Source: an uncultured Anaerolineae bacterium
GTDB taxonomy: Bacteria > Chloroflexota > Anaerolineae > VGOG01
NCBI GenBank assembly: GCA_964510205.1
Contig: CAZEBW010000004.1
Span: 3,638-67,637, forward strand
Length of the DNA: 64,000 nt
Direction: 5' to 3'
Shown here piece after piece: positions 10,312 through 19,665 of the stretch (positions are counted from its first letter, which is position 1; each line of letters begins with the position of its first letter). The translations under genes were made by a program, and so were the position numbers. The notes under the pieces were generated by a model that was given only the letters and a program-made list of their open reading frames with translations, did no database searches and was not told the origin of the DNA.

Positions 10312-11268
10312 TTACGACATCTCCGCCACAGTCCGATACGCTGCCAGGCGTCCTTCTAGTTCCGCTTCGCTGATCTCACCGTGCTCGTGGGCGGCCATCG
10401 CTCGACGCTTCTCCGCTCGCAGTCCCAGCCGCACCATGCGGCGCACAGTCCACTGATAGAAACGGCCATAGTGCTTCTCGAACAGCAGATAGCGGCTCTT
10501 CCACAGGGCCGCAAACATCTCGCCCCGCACCTGCCGGGTGCTCCTGGCCTCGTGGTGCACCACCTCAGCCTGGGGCACGCAGTAGACGCCCCAGCCCGCT
10601 TTCTTCATCCGCAGGCACCAATCAATCTCCTCGCAGTAGATGAAAAACCGTTCGTCCAGCAGTCCCACCTCTTGGATGGCCTCCCCCCGCCCCATCAGCG
10701 CTGCTCCGAGGGGATGGTCAATAGCGAAGGGCTGCCCGCGCTCGTACAGTCGGCGGGGATAGCGGCCGTTGAGGCGGGAGTTGAGCAGGCGGTGATGGAG
10801 GGGGAAAAAGTCGAGAAAGGCCTGGGCCAGGGTGGGGAAGGCGAAGGCCGAGTGCTGCAGGCTGCCGTCGGGATAGAGCAGCTTGGCCCCGGCCACGCCG
10901 GCGCGGGGATTCTCGTCCAAAAAGCGCACCATCGTGGCCAGCGCGTCGCCCAGCACCTCCGTATCGGGATTCAGCAGCAGAACATAGCGGGGCTGCTCGT
11001 GACGCTTGACGGAGGCAAACCCCATCCCCCGCAGCGCTTGGTTGTTGGCCGCGGCAAAGCCCACGTTCGTCTCGTTGGCCATCAGCCTGGCCTGGGGGAA
11101 GCGCTCCCGCACCATCTCGATACTCCCGTCCGTGGAGGCGTTGTCCACTACCCAAACCTCGGCCGTCAGATTCGAGCGTTGCAGGCTGCCATAAACCGAG
11201 GTCAGGCAAGCTGCCAGCAGCCCCCGCACGTTCCAATTGACGATGATGATGGCCAGGTTCGAGTTCAA
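10312..11268 (-). CDS. Glycosyltransferase family 2 (rhamnosyltransferase-like)
   Basis: AIIIVNWNVRGLL...VVDNASTDGS...LLNPDTE pattern. Confidence 0.85.
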   Translation of the reverse strand: MNSNLAIIIVNWNVRGLLAACLTSVYGSLQRSNLTAEVWVVDNASTDGSIEMVRERFPQARLMANETNVGFAAANNQALRGMGFASVKRHEQPRYVLLLNPDTEVLGDALATMVRFLDENPRAGVAGAKLLYPDGSLQHSAFAFPTLAQAFLDFFPLHHRLLNSRLNGRYPRRLYERGQPFAIDHPLGAALMGRGEAIQEVGLLDERFFIYCEEIDWCLRMKKAGWGVYCVPQAEVVHHEARSTRQVRGEMFAALWKSRYLLFEKHYGRFYQWTVRRMVRLGLRAEKRRAMAAHEHGEISEAELEGRLAAYRTVAEMS

Positions 11269-11400
11269 GCCTCCCTCCTGCAGAAGCGACGTGTGCTACT
11301 GGCCTAGATTATACTCGTGGTGGGGTAAAAGGCAAGCTCTGGTTGGGGAGAAAAGAAAGAGGCCATCCCGGTGGGTGAGGGGTGGGATGGCCCGGTCAAT

Positions 11401-11430
11401 TTGACAAGATTAGAACATGTGTGCTATAAT
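11401..11430 (+). promoter_or_regulatory. Near-consensus sigma-70 promoter
   Basis: TTGACA (11401-11406), 18-nt spacer ending in TGc, TATAAT (11425-11430). A GAGGAGGGA RBS precedes ATG 11486. Confidence 0.55.
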
Positions 11431-11485
11431 CAATCTCGAAAAACCGTTCTGTTACTTACGCTTCTAATGCAGAGGAGGGAGTGAA

Positions 11486-11725
11486 ATGGGTTTGGATATT
11501 TGGTTCAAGGAAGACATTAGGAACATTCTATTGGGTGTGGAGTTGGCCAATGGGCATCTGGCCAGTCGCTACAGTGATGACGAAGTGCGGGCTTATCGTG
11601 AGGGGTTTAAGGCTGCTCTGGCAGCGACGGCGGTGAGTTTTGGGATCTATCAATTCGGACCGCGGGCGGAAGCGCATCGCATTGGGAGCCAAACTGCGCT
11701 CTCCACAATTGCAGAGCAGCCTTGA
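11486..11725 (+). CDS. Small hypothetical protein (79 aa)
   Basis: ORF with a strong RBS and promoter. No recognisable domain. Convergent with the 3' end of the island operon. Confidence 0.5.
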   Translation: MGLDIWFKEDIRNILLGVELANGHLASRYSDDEVRAYREGFKAALAATAVSFGIYQFGPRAEAHRIGSQTALSTIAEQP

Positions 11726-11840
11726 ACCCGGCTGATTGATTCTTAACCCCGATGCCATTCTCCACTGGGACGCCAGGCATGCTTTGTGCAAGGCGTGTCT
11801 GCTGCTGGTCTCGGTAGAGCGGTTGCGATGCCCCCACTTT

Positions 11841-13340
11841 TCATGGAAGCGGTGGCAGTAGTATCCTATTGATGGTTATGCCCCACTGGTCACTTCTTCG
11901 TTCAAGCCCTTCCATTAGTTGCTGGCATGCTGTGGCCTTGTTCGGCGGATCATGTACATCCTGTTGCCTGTATCCACATAACGCCTCATTCAGGAGCACG
12001 GCCATTTCCTGCACGATTTCTTTGTCCCAAATAGTCTTCATGTCGGCTTCGGTCAGTTTTTTCTTCTTGGTCTTCTTGTGGTTATTCTCACCAGATTCTC
12101 TAAAGAAGTGAGGTGCATGAACCGCTTTTTCCTTATTGACCTGGTAGTAAACTACTGGGGCAAGCTGCAAGACCCCATCTGCTAGTGCGACTTTCTGTTT
12201 GGGGCAACGGCATCTCAGCTCCATGGTCGGGATTACAGCTTGAATTTGGCTGTACAAGGGAAGCTGAAGAATACTTTGACCTTCTTCCAGCACCCTGATT
12301 TCGCGACTGTCTCCGATCACAGCAATCCTGTCGGGTGGGACGGTGAAGGTGAACGCCCTGTATCCAACGAGCACCAGAAGGACAAGCAAGAGTGGCAAGG
12401 CCGTACCCGCGGCAGTCAAGACAACGATGTGCAGTGAACTGCGCACGGAAAGCAGTATGCTCGCCAGCAGCATCAGTAGTACAATGACCACAAAGCCTGC
12501 CAACGCGCTGACAAAGGCGAGCACAGGGCTGGACAGTATTAGGTTGATGGCATCGCGAGCGTATGTGAGCAATGTCTCGAGTTGAATAGCAAGCGATGGT
12601 GGAGATTGCTCCGCCGCTCCGTCCTTCTCCTGCTCTGACGGCCTCATGCCTTGCGGACTGGCGTCTCCAGGTGGAAGGGATTCTTCGTCAATGTCCTCTG
12701 AGTTCATGGCTAGTCGTTCCGTCGTTTGCTCAGGCATACTCTCTTCACCCTCCTCTTGTTTTTGCTTCGCCTCTTGGCCTGACGGCTCCGTTTGTACGGG
12801 ACCAGCTCTTCCACGTCGAAGCGGTCCTCCGCCGGTATCTCCTGAATCCATGGCTACTTGTTGGTCTCGCAGGATCTTCCGGTATCGTGACTCGACTGTG
12901 CGCCTTAGGCGGCGGTCCATGTCCTGCAGCAGTTCCAGGCTGCGTGAACAGGCTTGACTTGCCTTGAGCCATTTGCCTTGGGCCTCGCACACCGTGGCCA
13001 ATCCAAAGAGGGCTACTGCTTGACTATGTTTGTCACTCAGAAAGAAGCGAGTGCTCTCTTGATACTTGTTGGCTGCCTCATCCAAGTGTTCCTGAGCGTG
13101 AAAGATAGCTGCGAGGTGAATAAGGGCTACCCCTTGAGCATATGAGTCATCCAACATGTCCAATTCGAGAGATCCTCTTGCTGATCTAATGCTTTGCTCA
13201 GCTATCGATTGGGCTGCTTTGTACCGGCCAGCTCGTCGCAGTTTGTCGGCCTCCTTGTTGAGCACGGTACCGCGATTAGTTCGTTCTCTTAGTTGGCGTA
13301 TGATCTGGTTGGCTTGTCGGTGGTAAGGATCGGATGTCAT
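11841..13340 (-). CDS. TPR-like N-domain / acidic linker / 2 TM / divergent SPFH (band-7)-like C-domain protein
   Basis: N-terminal helical-repeat region (AAQSIAEQS...LFGLATVCEAQGKWLKA), an E/S/P-rich linker and two hydrophobic helices. The C-terminal pattern (RIAVIG..REIRVLEEGQ...VVYYQV...WGITINRILLPP) is collinear with the SPFH fold. Start set at MTSDPY (ATG 13340). Confidence 0.55.
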   Translation of the reverse strand: MTSDPYHRQANQIIRQLRERTNRGTVLNKEADKLRRAGRYKAAQSIAEQSIRSARGSLELDMLDDSYAQGVALIHLAAIFHAQEHLDEAANKYQESTRFFLSDKHSQAVALFGLATVCEAQGKWLKASQACSRSLELLQDMDRRLRRTVESRYRKILRDQQVAMDSGDTGGGPLRRGRAGPVQTEPSGQEAKQKQEEGEESMPEQTTERLAMNSEDIDEESLPPGDASPQGMRPSEQEKDGAAEQSPPSLAIQLETLLTYARDAINLILSSPVLAFVSALAGFVVIVLLMLLASILLSVRSSLHIVVLTAAGTALPLLLVLLVLVGYRAFTFTVPPDRIAVIGDSREIRVLEEGQSILQLPLYSQIQAVIPTMELRCRCPKQKVALADGVLQLAPVVYYQVNKEKAVHAPHFFRESGENNHKKTKKKKLTEADMKTIWDKEIVQEMAVLLNEALCGYRQQDVHDPPNKATACQQLMEGLERRSDQWGITINRILLPPLP

Positions 13341-13419
13341 TGAAGTCCCCCCATAGAAGGAAAGCCCACCGGGATGCAGGAGAGTTGGGCCGGATAAACT
13401 AAGGTGTTCTGCGATATCG

Positions 13420-14727
13420 CTATGGGCTGCCAGGCGGCAATGCAATCGCTGATCTTATGGATTGCAGAGTGGCCATCACGTCGGAAGGCAGAAGGATCTT
13501 GGTCGCTGGATCGGAGGCCATTTTCTCCAGAGCTTCAATGAAACGCAAGGCTATGAATTGTGGAATCGGGATGTTCTTAGTCTCCATCTGACGGAAGCCT
13601 TCGGTGATGGCTATGATCATTCTAGTTTGAGCTTGTGCTCTGGCAACCTCAATCAGGTTATATACTTCAGCCTGTGCCTCGCCTTCAGTGATGAGGACTT
13701 GCTTGCGACTCTCCGCCATGCGCGCTTCCCAGTCTACTTGCCATTTCTTTTGCATTCCTTCCCTAATTTCCGGAGGCACCTCAATATTCAGCATCTGAAA
13801 GCTTATGATAGTGCCTCCCCAGCCTTCGGCTATCTTTCGCAGGGAATCTCGGACACGCTGCTTGATGTCGCTTTGAGGGAACGTGTTGGGATCCAGTGGG
13901 TCAAAGATATCATCCAAGTAACGTTTGCCAATCTCGTCGCGAAGCAGATTCTTGGCTACTTCGATAGTGGCGATTTCCCAGTCATAGCTATCGTAGGTAG
14001 CTTTGAGGACCGCCTCTCTAGAGAATGGATAGGGCTTCTCTGGGTTCCACACCTTGGCTGGATCCTGCGCGATGCGGAATAGAACGCTATAGTGGATGGT
14101 CACCGGTATGCCATCTTTGGTTGAGGCATTATCTAGCGTTCCTCTCCTGAACCGTTTCCGTGTGACGATGACCTTCCTGATACTTTCAAAAGGCTTGGTG
14201 CGCACTGCACCGGGCCCCTCAATGCGAGTGAATTTCCCCATCCGCTCGAAGACAACGGCTTGCTCGTTGCGTATTACGATCAAATTGGCTACCTTGAAGC
14301 CGGCGAGTGCGCCTTTGGACTTCACCTCGTCCACTTGGCCATCTTCAACGATGATGTAGCTTCCCAGGAATAGCTCTCCGGTGACAAAAGAGAGTAAATA
14401 CCGAAAGCAGTCCCACTGATTGCCGCCCCGGCTGACCAGTATGAGTTGCGAGGCCAGAAACAGGAGACTGCCTGTTAAGAATAGATAGACAGCCAGCCCC
14501 AATACTGCCCCCGTCAGGCCTCTCGTGACGAAGGAGAAGGTCAGAAACACCCCACTTGCAGTGAAGAATATCGCCAGCGCCACGCCCTTGCTCTGGCCCA
14601 TCCTGACAAGACACCCAAGGGAGACCACAGCGAGCCATACTAGGCCCCATTTGGGCTCGTGAACTACAGAGACTAAAATCAGTAGTGGAAGCAGGGCTAC
14701 GGACAACACAAGCAAGATCTTCTTCAT
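13420..14727 (-). CDS. SPFH/band-7 (stomatin/prohibitin-like) membrane protein
   Basis: Four N-terminal TM helices, then VIRNEQAVVFERMGKF...TKDGIPVTIHYSVLFRI...GWGGTIISFQMLNIEVP and a coiled-coil tail. AAGGAGAG RBS precedes ATG 14727. Confidence 0.75.
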   Translation of the reverse strand: MKKILLVLSVALLPLLILVSVVHEPKWGLVWLAVVSLGCLVRMGQSKGVALAIFFTASGVFLTFSFVTRGLTGAVLGLAVYLFLTGSLLFLASQLILVSRGGNQWDCFRYLLSFVTGELFLGSYIIVEDGQVDEVKSKGALAGFKVANLIVIRNEQAVVFERMGKFTRIEGPGAVRTKPFESIRKVIVTRKRFRRGTLDNASTKDGIPVTIHYSVLFRIAQDPAKVWNPEKPYPFSREAVLKATYDSYDWEIATIEVAKNLLRDEIGKRYLDDIFDPLDPNTFPQSDIKQRVRDSLRKIAEGWGGTIISFQMLNIEVPPEIREGMQKKWQVDWEARMAESRKQVLITEGEAQAEVYNLIEVARAQAQTRMIIAITEGFRQMETKNIPIPQFIALRFIEALEKMASDPATKILLPSDVMATLQSIRSAIALPPGSP

Positions 14728-14903
14728 AGCACAAGCTCTCCTTGTTTCTGTCAGCACTCTTAAGGTACGTGAGACTGCCGTCCAGTGCGTTCAACACGAG
14801 CTTATCTGACGGCGCCACAGGTATCACCCAGTTTCCATAGATCGAGGCAAAACCAAAAGGCCGCGGCTCGATATCGAAAACGTTTTGCAATGAGGGTGCT
14901 CAC

Positions 14904-16418
14904 TCAGCTCTGGGCGATCAAAATGGGGGAAGCCCAAGTCAAGTCATCCTTATTACGCATTGCCAGCTCTCGCCGGGCATCCAGCAGTGCCAGTTCAGGG
15001 CTGCCGTGCTGGAGCATAGAACGATAGAACGCCAGTGCCATTTCCTTGGCGCTCACTGCCGGCACTGACCACCTGTAGCCCAAAACAGACGGCACCCCTG
15101 ATTGGATAATTCCATCAGCGATACCCAGGTAGTCATCGTCCAGCAAATCAACCGGGCTGCCGGTACGAGTGCCCTCGCAGCACGTCAGGTGAAACAAACG
15201 GGTGTCAGAATCTTCCAACAGCCATCTCAGCTCATTTCCGGTCATTGGCTTTATATTCCCTGACCGGTTGCTGTCTTCCCAGAAGAACAATCTGCTCTGT
15301 TCCGGAGACCCCTCGTGAAAGACTCCGTGACCAACATAATGCACGATGTGATGCTTACACCCACGGAGCATTTCTTGCACTGCACTGTATGTAGCTGCTT
15401 CGGTTCTGACATGAGTCAAATCCAACCAGTTCAGTGGCGACAGCAAATCCACCAACTCTTCTCCGATTTTGTCAATCAGATCAATGCGTGGCTCAGTGTT
15501 GGACACGAGCAGTAGAACACGCAGGTTCTCGCCTGAACTGGCGAGACGTCGTATGAGTTCAGCAGAGATGGGTTCACGCCTCGTCACTACGCCTCGAATT
15601 TGGCGGACCATTGGATGGAGCAGTGTAAGGTAATCACCAGCCTCATCGGAAAAGATGAACTCCAGTGGCAATCCTGCCAGATCTCGGGTGGATTCAAACA
15701 CGAGGTGCAAGTATTGGTTCATTTGCGTCCTACCGAGTGCTCGGTGATACCCGTTGAGTACCGCAGAGTGCTGTTCGAACAGCAGGCGGTATAGCTCCCG
15801 TCCCACGTCTTTGATCAGAAAGCGGCGGTCTGCTGTGCTCATCATGCGTTCGCTTCCCCAGCGTGCAAAACGTGGAGCGTCGAGGCTTAGTGGATTGACA
15901 GAGGTGTATGTGAAGCGGATGTTGCCACGGCCCCGCACAAGAAGTCGCTGCCCTGGCTCTAGCGAGATTGTAATTTCGCACTCTTGGCTCGGCTCAAAGA
16001 CCGGCAATTGCCATTTCAATGACCTACTGATCACGCTATCCATCACTTTAACCACATCTTCTATCATGGTCTTTGGGAGGTACTCGGCTACAAGTCGCCG
16101 TCCAGTTGCATCAGGTTCCAGGGCGCGCCTCATCGTGTCAGGGGTACCATAGCCGGTGATAATGACAATCGGGAGCCCAGGGAATCGTCGTTTAAGCTCA
16201 GCAGCTAGATCAAGGCCTTCTAGGTTGCCTTCATCTGTCTCGTCCAAGCGCATGTCAAGTAGGGCTGCGTCGAAATGCTCTCGGTCAGACAAATCCAGGG
16301 CTCGCGCAACACTGGCAGCCGTTTTGGTTGCGTAGCCCTCGTCAATCAAGAGTTGTGAAAGGGTCACTCGCCAGTCAAACAAATCATCTACGATAAGCAC
16401 CTGGATTTGTTTAGTCAT
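14904..16418 (-). CDS. Response-regulator receiver fused to CHAT (caspase-like) peptidase domain
   Basis: REC features: VLIVDD...LLDMRLDE...ITGYG...LPK. CHAT features: HIVHYVGHG (His), LFHLTCCEG (Cys), SVLGYRWSV. The ATG overlaps the stop of the upstream kinase by 8 nt. Confidence 0.85.
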   Translation of the reverse strand: MTKQIQVLIVDDLFDWRVTLSQLLIDEGYATKTAASVARALDLSDREHFDAALLDMRLDETDEGNLEGLDLAAELKRRFPGLPIVIITGYGTPDTMRRALEPDATGRRLVAEYLPKTMIEDVVKVMDSVISRSLKWQLPVFEPSQECEITISLEPGQRLLVRGRGNIRFTYTSVNPLSLDAPRFARWGSERMMSTADRRFLIKDVGRELYRLLFEQHSAVLNGYHRALGRTQMNQYLHLVFESTRDLAGLPLEFIFSDEAGDYLTLLHPMVRQIRGVVTRREPISAELIRRLASSGENLRVLLLVSNTEPRIDLIDKIGEELVDLLSPLNWLDLTHVRTEAATYSAVQEMLRGCKHHIVHYVGHGVFHEGSPEQSRLFFWEDSNRSGNIKPMTGNELRWLLEDSDTRLFHLTCCEGTRTGSPVDLLDDDYLGIADGIIQSGVPSVLGYRWSVPAVSAKEMALAFYRSMLQHGSPELALLDARRELAMRNKDDLTWASPILIAQS

Positions 16419-17205
16419 GGCTGCTATCCGTGGGAGTTTCTATGGCTTTGATCACAGGGAGTGTGATCGCTATCGTCGTGCCGTGGCCAATCTCAGTATG
16501 TTTTACACTAATCTCTCCACCAAACCTGGCAAGTATCAAATGCGCTAACCAGAGACCCAGGCCCTTGTTGGTCCCGGTTGACGGAATCGGACCCTGAAAA
16601 AGATCGGCAAGAATGAGTTGCGGTATCCCTGTTCCGTTATCTGCAATCTCTACTCGCACTGTGTTGTCCGCGTCCACGTACTGGGTATGGATGTCAATAT
16701 GTCCGGGTTTTTTGCTTGTTGCTTGGATCGAGTTTTCGAGCACCGCCCGGAAAACCTCCGCGAGCAAGTGGCTATCAGCACGCACGGGAGGGACATCCTC
16801 TGGAAAATCAAAACTCACCCGTACTGTCTTGGAAGTGTGGCTAGCAGAAAGTTCTTCCCAGACCTCATACAGCAGTGAGTTTACGTCTAAGGGCATAGGC
16901 GGCTCACTCGGCTCTCTGAGTACTTCGACGGCGGCACTTAATTCGCTCAAACTGCTAATGGTCTTTTCTATGGCTGTGACCAGGTCGAGGGCGGCTCTAT
17001 CGTTGCTATTGATGTATTCCTTAAGACGACCGACTCGAACTCCCAGCAACCCAGTCAAGTTGGAGAGCTGGTGCAGTAATGCAGCAGAAGCCATCCCCAG
17101 TGCAATGAGGCTGGCCTCCTCCCCGTGGCTACGGTTAGGATGTGCACTTTCTTGCGGTAGGGGTGGATTTGGTCTCTGACTTTCCCGGTCATTTGGTGGA
17201 CTCAT
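16411..17205 (-). CDS. Sensor-less cytoplasmic histidine kinase (DHp + HATPase_c only)
   Basis: H-box-like AALLHQLSNLTG. ATPase N/G boxes VLENSIQAT, IADNGTGIP, GLGLWLAHLI. No TM or sensor domain. Confidence 0.8.
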   Translation of the reverse strand: MSPPNDRESQRPNPPLPQESAHPNRSHGEEASLIALGMASAALLHQLSNLTGLLGVRVGRLKEYINSNDRAALDLVTAIEKTISSLSELSAAVEVLREPSEPPMPLDVNSLLYEVWEELSASHTSKTVRVSFDFPEDVPPVRADSHLLAEVFRAVLENSIQATSKKPGHIDIHTQYVDADNTVRVEIADNGTGIPQLILADLFQGPIPSTGTNKGLGLWLAHLILARFGGEISVKHTEIGHGTTIAITLPVIKAIETPTDSSHD

Positions 17206-17241
17206 TTGTCGGATTCTCCCAAGCGCGGCGCGTCCTTCAGT

Positions 17242-18717
17242 TCACTCCTGATGAATCAAGATAGGCGACAACCAGGTTGGATCGTTTCTGTCCATAGCGG
17301 CCAGCTCGCGCCTTGCGCTCCAGAGGGCGAACTCCGGCCCCCCTTGCTCCAATAAGGACTGGTAGAAAGCCAACGCCAGCCGACGGGCTCCATCATCTGA
17401 CACAGGCCAGCGGAAGCCCAGCACCGAGGGTGCGCCGGCCTGCGCGACAGCGTCGGCCAGCCCAAGGAAATCGTCATCCAGCAAAGCAGCCTGAGCGCCG
17501 CTGGCTGTGCCATAGCAACTGCTCATGTACACCAGACGTGCTTCCGAGCGCCTGAGTAGCATCTTTAGTTCGGTTGCTTTCATCGGCATGACGCCACCTT
17601 GCTTATTCTCCTGGGCCCAGAAGTATAGGCTGCTATCTTCAGGGGACTCGGTCCTGTACGAGCCATGTCCTGCGTAATGTACAATGTCGTAACTGGGCTT
17701 CCCCAACTCTGATCTTACGCGCTCATACGTGGCGCGCTCCGTGGGGATGAGTTTAACACTGACAGGGATGCAGTCCTGGCTCTTTAAGTACTCGTACAGT
17801 GCCTGCGCCTCGGCATCTACGCCGTCTATTGGAGGCTGTGTGTTAGAGGCGATAATCAGAATTCGCAATTCCTGAGTCAGTGCCAGCAGCGAAGGGGAAA
17901 TCAGGCTGCGTTTCGGGGTAGCATTGTATAGAAAACGGGCGAGGGGGTGTTGAAGTACCAGGTACTCTGGAGGATCATCCGAGCGCATAAATTCCAATGG
18001 TAGTCTGAGAAATTCCCTGGGCGTCTCAAAAAGCATTGAAAACGACTGGCTCTTGGCGCGCGCTTCCACATAGGCTTTTTCGGCTTCAGGGTGCTCAGTA
18101 AATATGTCACGCCACAGACTGTGGCCGATCTCCCCAACCTGGAAACGCAAATTGCTCACGTCTCTTCTGGCGAGTTCTGTCCGCCTTGCATAGCGTTCGA
18201 GTGCCACACGCAACACTTTCCACGAGCGCAAGGAACAGACGTGGCGACCGCGCGCCCTGATCACCAGAGGCTGTCCGGCTGTGAGTGATAGAGATAGCTG
18301 GGTAGCATCACCTGTCTTCTCAAACCTCGGCTTGGTTGCCTCCTGGCGTGCTTTCGCGATAGTCTCCAGAACTTGTTCAGCCACATCCGGGGTTTTTTCG
18401 ATGAAGTCAACTACTCCGAGATATCGAATCGCGCGTACAATTTGCTTGGTTCTCGGGTAGCGTGTGAGCAGGATGACGCGAACCCGCGGATTGAGGGCGC
18501 GGAATGCCATCGCCAGGCTCAATCCGCTTTCGTCCTCTTCATCATCTCCGTGCAGGCGCACGTCAATGAGAGCAAAGTCGAACGGTTCTTGCGTGACAGC
18601 AACCAGGGCTTGTTCCTCGTTGGCCGCTGACCGGACGGTGTATCCTTCATCGGAAAGTCGCCCTGCTAACGTGGTACAGAAATCGGCATGGTCATCTACT
18701 ATCAGAATCTTGCACAT
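17242..18717 (-). CDS. Response-regulator receiver fused to CHAT (caspase-like) peptidase domain
   Basis: REC features: ILIVDD...LIDVRLHGDDEEDE...LLTRY...IEK. CHAT features: DIVHYAGHG (His), LVYMSSCYG (Cys), SVLGFRWPV. Start chosen at MCKILIVDD (ATG 18717, GAGGG RBS); upstream in-frame ATGs at 18732 and 18768 are possible. Confidence 0.85.
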   Translation of the reverse strand: MCKILIVDDHADFCTTLAGRLSDEGYTVRSAANEEQALVAVTQEPFDFALIDVRLHGDDEEDESGLSLAMAFRALNPRVRVILLTRYPRTKQIVRAIRYLGVVDFIEKTPDVAEQVLETIAKARQEATKPRFEKTGDATQLSLSLTAGQPLVIRARGRHVCSLRSWKVLRVALERYARRTELARRDVSNLRFQVGEIGHSLWRDIFTEHPEAEKAYVEARAKSQSFSMLFETPREFLRLPLEFMRSDDPPEYLVLQHPLARFLYNATPKRSLISPSLLALTQELRILIIASNTQPPIDGVDAEAQALYEYLKSQDCIPVSVKLIPTERATYERVRSELGKPSYDIVHYAGHGSYRTESPEDSSLYFWAQENKQGGVMPMKATELKMLLRRSEARLVYMSSCYGTASGAQAALLDDDFLGLADAVAQAGAPSVLGFRWPVSDDGARRLALAFYQSLLEQGGPEFALWSARRELAAMDRNDPTWLSPILIHQE

Positions 18718-18757
18718 TGCTACCCTCTTCATCAACTGTCTGATGGGACGCTCCGGG

Positions 18758-19639
18758 TCATCCAGCATTCCCCCAATTTGCCTGTATGTAACTCGTTGTC
18801 GCCTTTACGTCCAGGCTGCGAGTCGAATTGCCAATACGCACCCAGAACTTGTGAACATCGCCCGTCGCCAGGAACACCGGCTTTGGGCTTTTTTCAATCG
18901 CAACGATGCAGACGTGTTTACCATCTATGGGTTCGAAGCGTGTGCGAATGTATGGCATATATTCTAGACCCACATAGGTCTTGACAATATCCGTCAATGC
19001 CAATTGAAACCCATCGGTATTTGGCTTGCGCAGAGTTTGTAAGTCTTTTTCAATACCTAGCACCGTGCCATCGTCAGCGACGCCAATGAGTAGGGTCCCA
19101 CCCTTGCTGTTCAACATTCCTGTGATTGCCACGGCGATCGTTTCCTGCAGGCTCTTGTTAGTTGTGTTTTTCTTGAAATCCCAGCGGATACTGGACTTGA
19201 ATTCCACGTGGTCATTTTCACCTTGGGCAATCAAATTGAGTACCGAGCGTTCAAATGCGCGGTTCACGTACTCCGGCAGTTGGTCTACTTCAGATTTTTC
19301 CAGGAAGCCAAACGCTGGTGATACTCCCTCGCGATCAGGTTGAAGGACCTCCCTCACCATCCTGACGTTTGCATAGCCGGTCAAGATAATGATGGCCACA
19401 TGGGGGTCCTTCTCTCTGATCTCGCGCATAAGCAAGATGCCATCTTGGTTGTCCTCGTCGGCCTCGTCCAAGCGCACGTCCAGAACTGCGACGTGAAAAC
19501 GCTCGGCGTCCAACATTTGCAGAGCCTCAACTCTGCTGGATGCCGAGCGTACTTCATAGCCTTCGTCTGACAAAAGGCCCGACAATGTTGCGCACACGTC
19601 GGGCAGGTCATCTACTACGAGAACGCGACCTTTGTACAT
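18758..19639 (-). CDS. Response-regulator receiver fused to AlbA_2 (Schlafen-like, putative nucleic-acid-binding) domain
   Basis: REC features: VLVVDD...VLDVRLDEADEDN...LTGYA...LEK. C-terminal features: GENDHVEFKSS...MLNSKGGTLLIGVADDGTVLGI, matching the AlbA_2/divergent-AAA pattern. AGGAG RBS precedes ATG 19639. Confidence 0.75.
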   Translation of the reverse strand: MYKGRVLVVDDLPDVCATLSGLLSDEGYEVRSASSRVEALQMLDAERFHVAVLDVRLDEADEDNQDGILLMREIREKDPHVAIIILTGYANVRMVREVLQPDREGVSPAFGFLEKSEVDQLPEYVNRAFERSVLNLIAQGENDHVEFKSSIRWDFKKNTTNKSLQETIAVAITGMLNSKGGTLLIGVADDGTVLGIEKDLQTLRKPNTDGFQLALTDIVKTYVGLEYMPYIRTRFEPIDGKHVCIVAIEKSPKPVFLATGDVHKFWVRIGNSTRSLDVKATTSYIQANWGNAG

Positions 19640-19665
19640 GGCACTCCTGCCGATTGCATCTTGTC

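Noticed and set aside
9609-11307. 254-aa and 308-aa plus-strand ORFs opposite the two GT2 genes
   Set aside because: They are antisense shadows of well-supported GT2 genes and their sequences are not protein-like.
14345-14890. 181-aa ORF spanning the gap between REC-CHAT and the SPFH gene
   Set aside because: It starts at a TTG and runs out of frame through the SPFH coding region. It has no RBS. Only its first 44 codons or so are non-overlapping, which is insufficient support.
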